Assembly (NCBI RefSeq): GCF_003334815.1
Contig: NZ_QOWO01000132.1
Direction: 5' to 3' (one strand)
Length of the DNA: 377 bases
From: Escherichia coli
Lineage (GTDB): Bacteria; Pseudomonadota; Gammaproteobacteria; Enterobacterales; Enterobacteriaceae
The notes under the pieces were generated by a model. The model had not been told where the DNA came from. It made no database searches and saw only the letters and a list, made by a program, of their open reading frames with translations. This document shows, piece after piece, positions 1 through 377 of the stretch (positions are counted from its first letter, which is position 1; every line of letters begins with the position of its first letter). The translations under genes were made by a program, and so were the position numbers.

Positions 1-1
1 T

Positions 2-77
2 TGGTGGGTCGTGCAGGATTCGAACCTGCGACCAATTGATTAAAAGTCAACTGCTCTACCAACTGAGCTAACGACCC
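2..77 (-). tRNA. lysZ: tRNA-Lys, anticodon UUU, complete 76-nt gene with encoded 3' CCA
   Basis: Reverse complement of 2-77 reads GGGTCGTTAGCTCAGTTGGTAGAGCAGTTGACTTTTAATCAATTGGTCGCAGGTTCGAATCCTGCACGACCCACCA. This folds as a cloverleaf: acceptor stem GGGTCGT/ACGACCC, D-arm GCTC/GAGC, anticodon stem GTTGA/TCAAT with loop CTTTTAA (anticodon TTT is plus 42-44 aaa), T-arm GCAGG/CCTGC with TTCGAAT loop, then discriminator A and CCA. It matches the E. coli tRNA-Lys(UUU) sequence as I recall it. The lysZ label rests only on the recalled 146-nt lysY-lysZ spacing and is tentative. Confidence 0.95.
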
Positions 78-111
78 ATACGGGTGTTACCTGAAAGATT
101 TTTACTCGGGG

Positions 112-128
112 CCAATCTTTAAGATTGG
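112..128 (-). other. Hairpin (7-bp stem, 3-nt loop) overlapping the CCA end of the partial tRNA-Lys copy
   Basis: Plus 112-118 ccaatct pairs with plus 122-128 agattgg; loop is 119-121 tta. In the minus-strand transcript CCAAUCU-UAA-AGAUUGG, the first CCA is the CCA of the tRNA 3' fragment. Confidence 0.45.
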
Positions 129-143
129 TGGGTCGTGCAGGAT
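125..143 (-). repeat. Partial copy of the tRNA-Lys 3' end (18 nt of the gene including CCA, plus 1 flanking nt) embedded in the spacer
   Basis: Plus 125-143 ttggtgggtcgtgcaggat is identical to plus 1-19. Positions 126-143 are the reverse complement of ATCCTGCACGACCCACCA, the last 18 nt of tRNA-Lys. Identity ends at 144 (g versus t in the real gene). It matches the Lys 3' end, not the Val 3' end (tggtgggtgatgacggg). Confidence 0.85.
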
Positions 144-157
144 GACTCGCTTCGCTC

Positions 158-184
158 GCCCTACGGGCCGTTGCTGGCGCAACG
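158..184 (-). other. Two adjacent short GC-rich hairpins in the middle of the spacer
   Basis: Plus 169-174 cgttgc pairs with 179-184 gcaacg (6 bp, loop 175-178 tggc). Plus 158-161 gccc pairs with 165-168 gggc (4 bp, loop 162-164 tac). Both are perfect inverted repeats read directly from the sequence. Confidence 0.4.
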
Positions 185-197
185 TTATCCTTCACGC

Positions 198-220
198 TTA
201 ACATCTGAGTTTGATGTTAA
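198..220 (-). other. Hairpin (8-bp stem, 7-nt loop) starting 3 nt downstream of the lysY-position tRNA 3' CCA
   Basis: Plus 198-205 ttaacatc is the exact reverse complement of plus 213-220 gatgttaa; loop is 206-212 tgagttt. In the minus-strand transcript this is UUAACAUC-AAACUCA-GAUGUUAA. The stem is AU-rich (6 AU, 2 GC), so only moderately stable. No U-tract follows it. Confidence 0.5.
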
Positions 221-223
221 AAC

Positions 224-299
224 TGGTGGGTCGTGCAGGATTCGAACCTGCGACCAATTGATTAAAAGTCAACTGCTCTACCAACTGAGCTAACGACCC
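224..299 (-). tRNA. lysY: tRNA-Lys, anticodon UUU, complete 76-nt gene with encoded 3' CCA
   Basis: Plus 224-299 is identical base for base to plus 2-77, so the same cloverleaf and anticodon apply (anticodon is plus 264-266 aaa). It lies 3 nt downstream, in the transcription direction, of the tRNA-Val gene. The lysY label is from the recalled valZ-lysY 3-nt spacing and is tentative. Confidence 0.95.
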
Positions 300-302
300 G
301 AG

Positions 303-377
303 TGGTGGGTGATGACGGGATCGAACCGCCGACCCCCTCCTTGTAAGGGAGGTGCTCTCCCAGCTGAGCTAATCACC
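303..377 (-). tRNA. valZ: tRNA-Val, anticodon UAC, truncated by the window edge (75 of 76 nt present; the 5' terminal G is outside the window)
   Basis: Reverse complement of 303-377 reads GGTGATTAGCTCAGCTGGGAGAGCACCTCCCTTACAAGGAGGGGGTCGGCGGTTCGATCCCGTCATCACCCACCA. Anticodon stem CCTCC/GGAGG with loop CTTACAA gives anticodon TAC (plus 343-345 gta); T-arm GGCGG/CCGTC with TTCGATC loop; acceptor 3' strand ATCACCC plus discriminator A and CCA. It matches E. coli tRNA-Val(UAC) as recalled, minus the first G. The valZ label is tentative and based on operon context. Confidence 0.93.

Larger units (their letters stand above)
78..223 (-). other. Internal transcribed spacer (146 nt) between the two tRNA-Lys genes; non-coding, predicted to be structured
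   Basis: It lies between the 3' CCA of the upstream tRNA-Lys (plus 224-226) and the 5' G of the downstream tRNA-Lys (plus 77) on the same strand. There is no plausible ORF with a ribosome-binding site. It contains several inverted repeats and a partial tRNA copy, listed separately. Confidence 0.85.

Noticed and set aside
95-130. Possible internal promoter for the downstream tRNA-Lys on the minus strand (TAAAAAT -10-like element, plus 98-104)
   Set aside because: There is no recognisable -35 element (TTGACA-like) at 16-18 bp spacing, and the -10-like match is an A-rich run that can occur by chance. The operon promoter is expected upstream of the Val gene, outside this window.
142-201. Plus-strand ORF of 19 codons (atg at 142-144 to taa at 199-201; MTRFARPTGRCWRNVILHA), antisense to the tRNA operon
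   Set aside because: It is very short and has no properly spaced Shine-Dalgarno sequence (the only AGGA overlaps the ATG itself). It lies antisense within the spacer of a heavily transcribed tRNA operon, and its GC-rich codons simply reflect the hairpin-forming inverted repeats. It is most likely a chance ORF.
112-220. Rho-independent terminator at any of the spacer hairpins
   Set aside because: None of the hairpins is followed by a U-tract on the transcribed (minus) strand, nor by a T-tract on the plus strand. The stems are short or AU-rich. The operon must read through to the downstream tRNA-Lys.
125-299. Integrated mobile element bounded by tRNA-Lys 3' end direct repeats (attL/attR)
   Set aside because: The repeats are only about 80 bp apart, leaving no room for an integrase or cargo. 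This could at most be a remnant, which is covered as a low-certainty finding rather than an annotated mobile element.
1-377. CRISPR-like array (repeated units separated by unique sequence)
   Set aside because: The repeated units are 76-bp tRNA-Lys genes with full cloverleaf structure, not 25-40 bp CRISPR repeats. There are only two full copies plus one partial copy, and the spacing is irregular.

Overview
The window is almost entirely a segment of a polycistronic tRNA operon on the minus strand, and I see no protein-coding gene or novel system in it. Read in the direction of transcription (right to left), it contains tRNA-Val(UAC) (303-377, its first 5' nucleotide lies just beyond the window edge), a 3-nt junction, tRNA-Lys(UUU) (224-299), a 146-nt internal transcribed spacer (78-223), and a second, identical tRNA-Lys(UUU) (2-77). 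All three genes encode their 3' CCA. The tRNA sequences and the 3-nt and 146-nt spacings match what I recall of the valZ-lysY-lysZ part of the Escherichia coli lysT-valT-lysW-valZ-lysY-lysZ-lysQ cluster; that paralog assignment is from memory and needs an alignment to confirm. The only features not explained by the tRNA genes are in the spacer: an 18-19 nt copy of the tRNA-Lys 3' end (125-143) and several short hairpins. These are modest curiosities (possible recombination remnant, processing determinants, or a spacer-derived RNA), not evidence of a new system.
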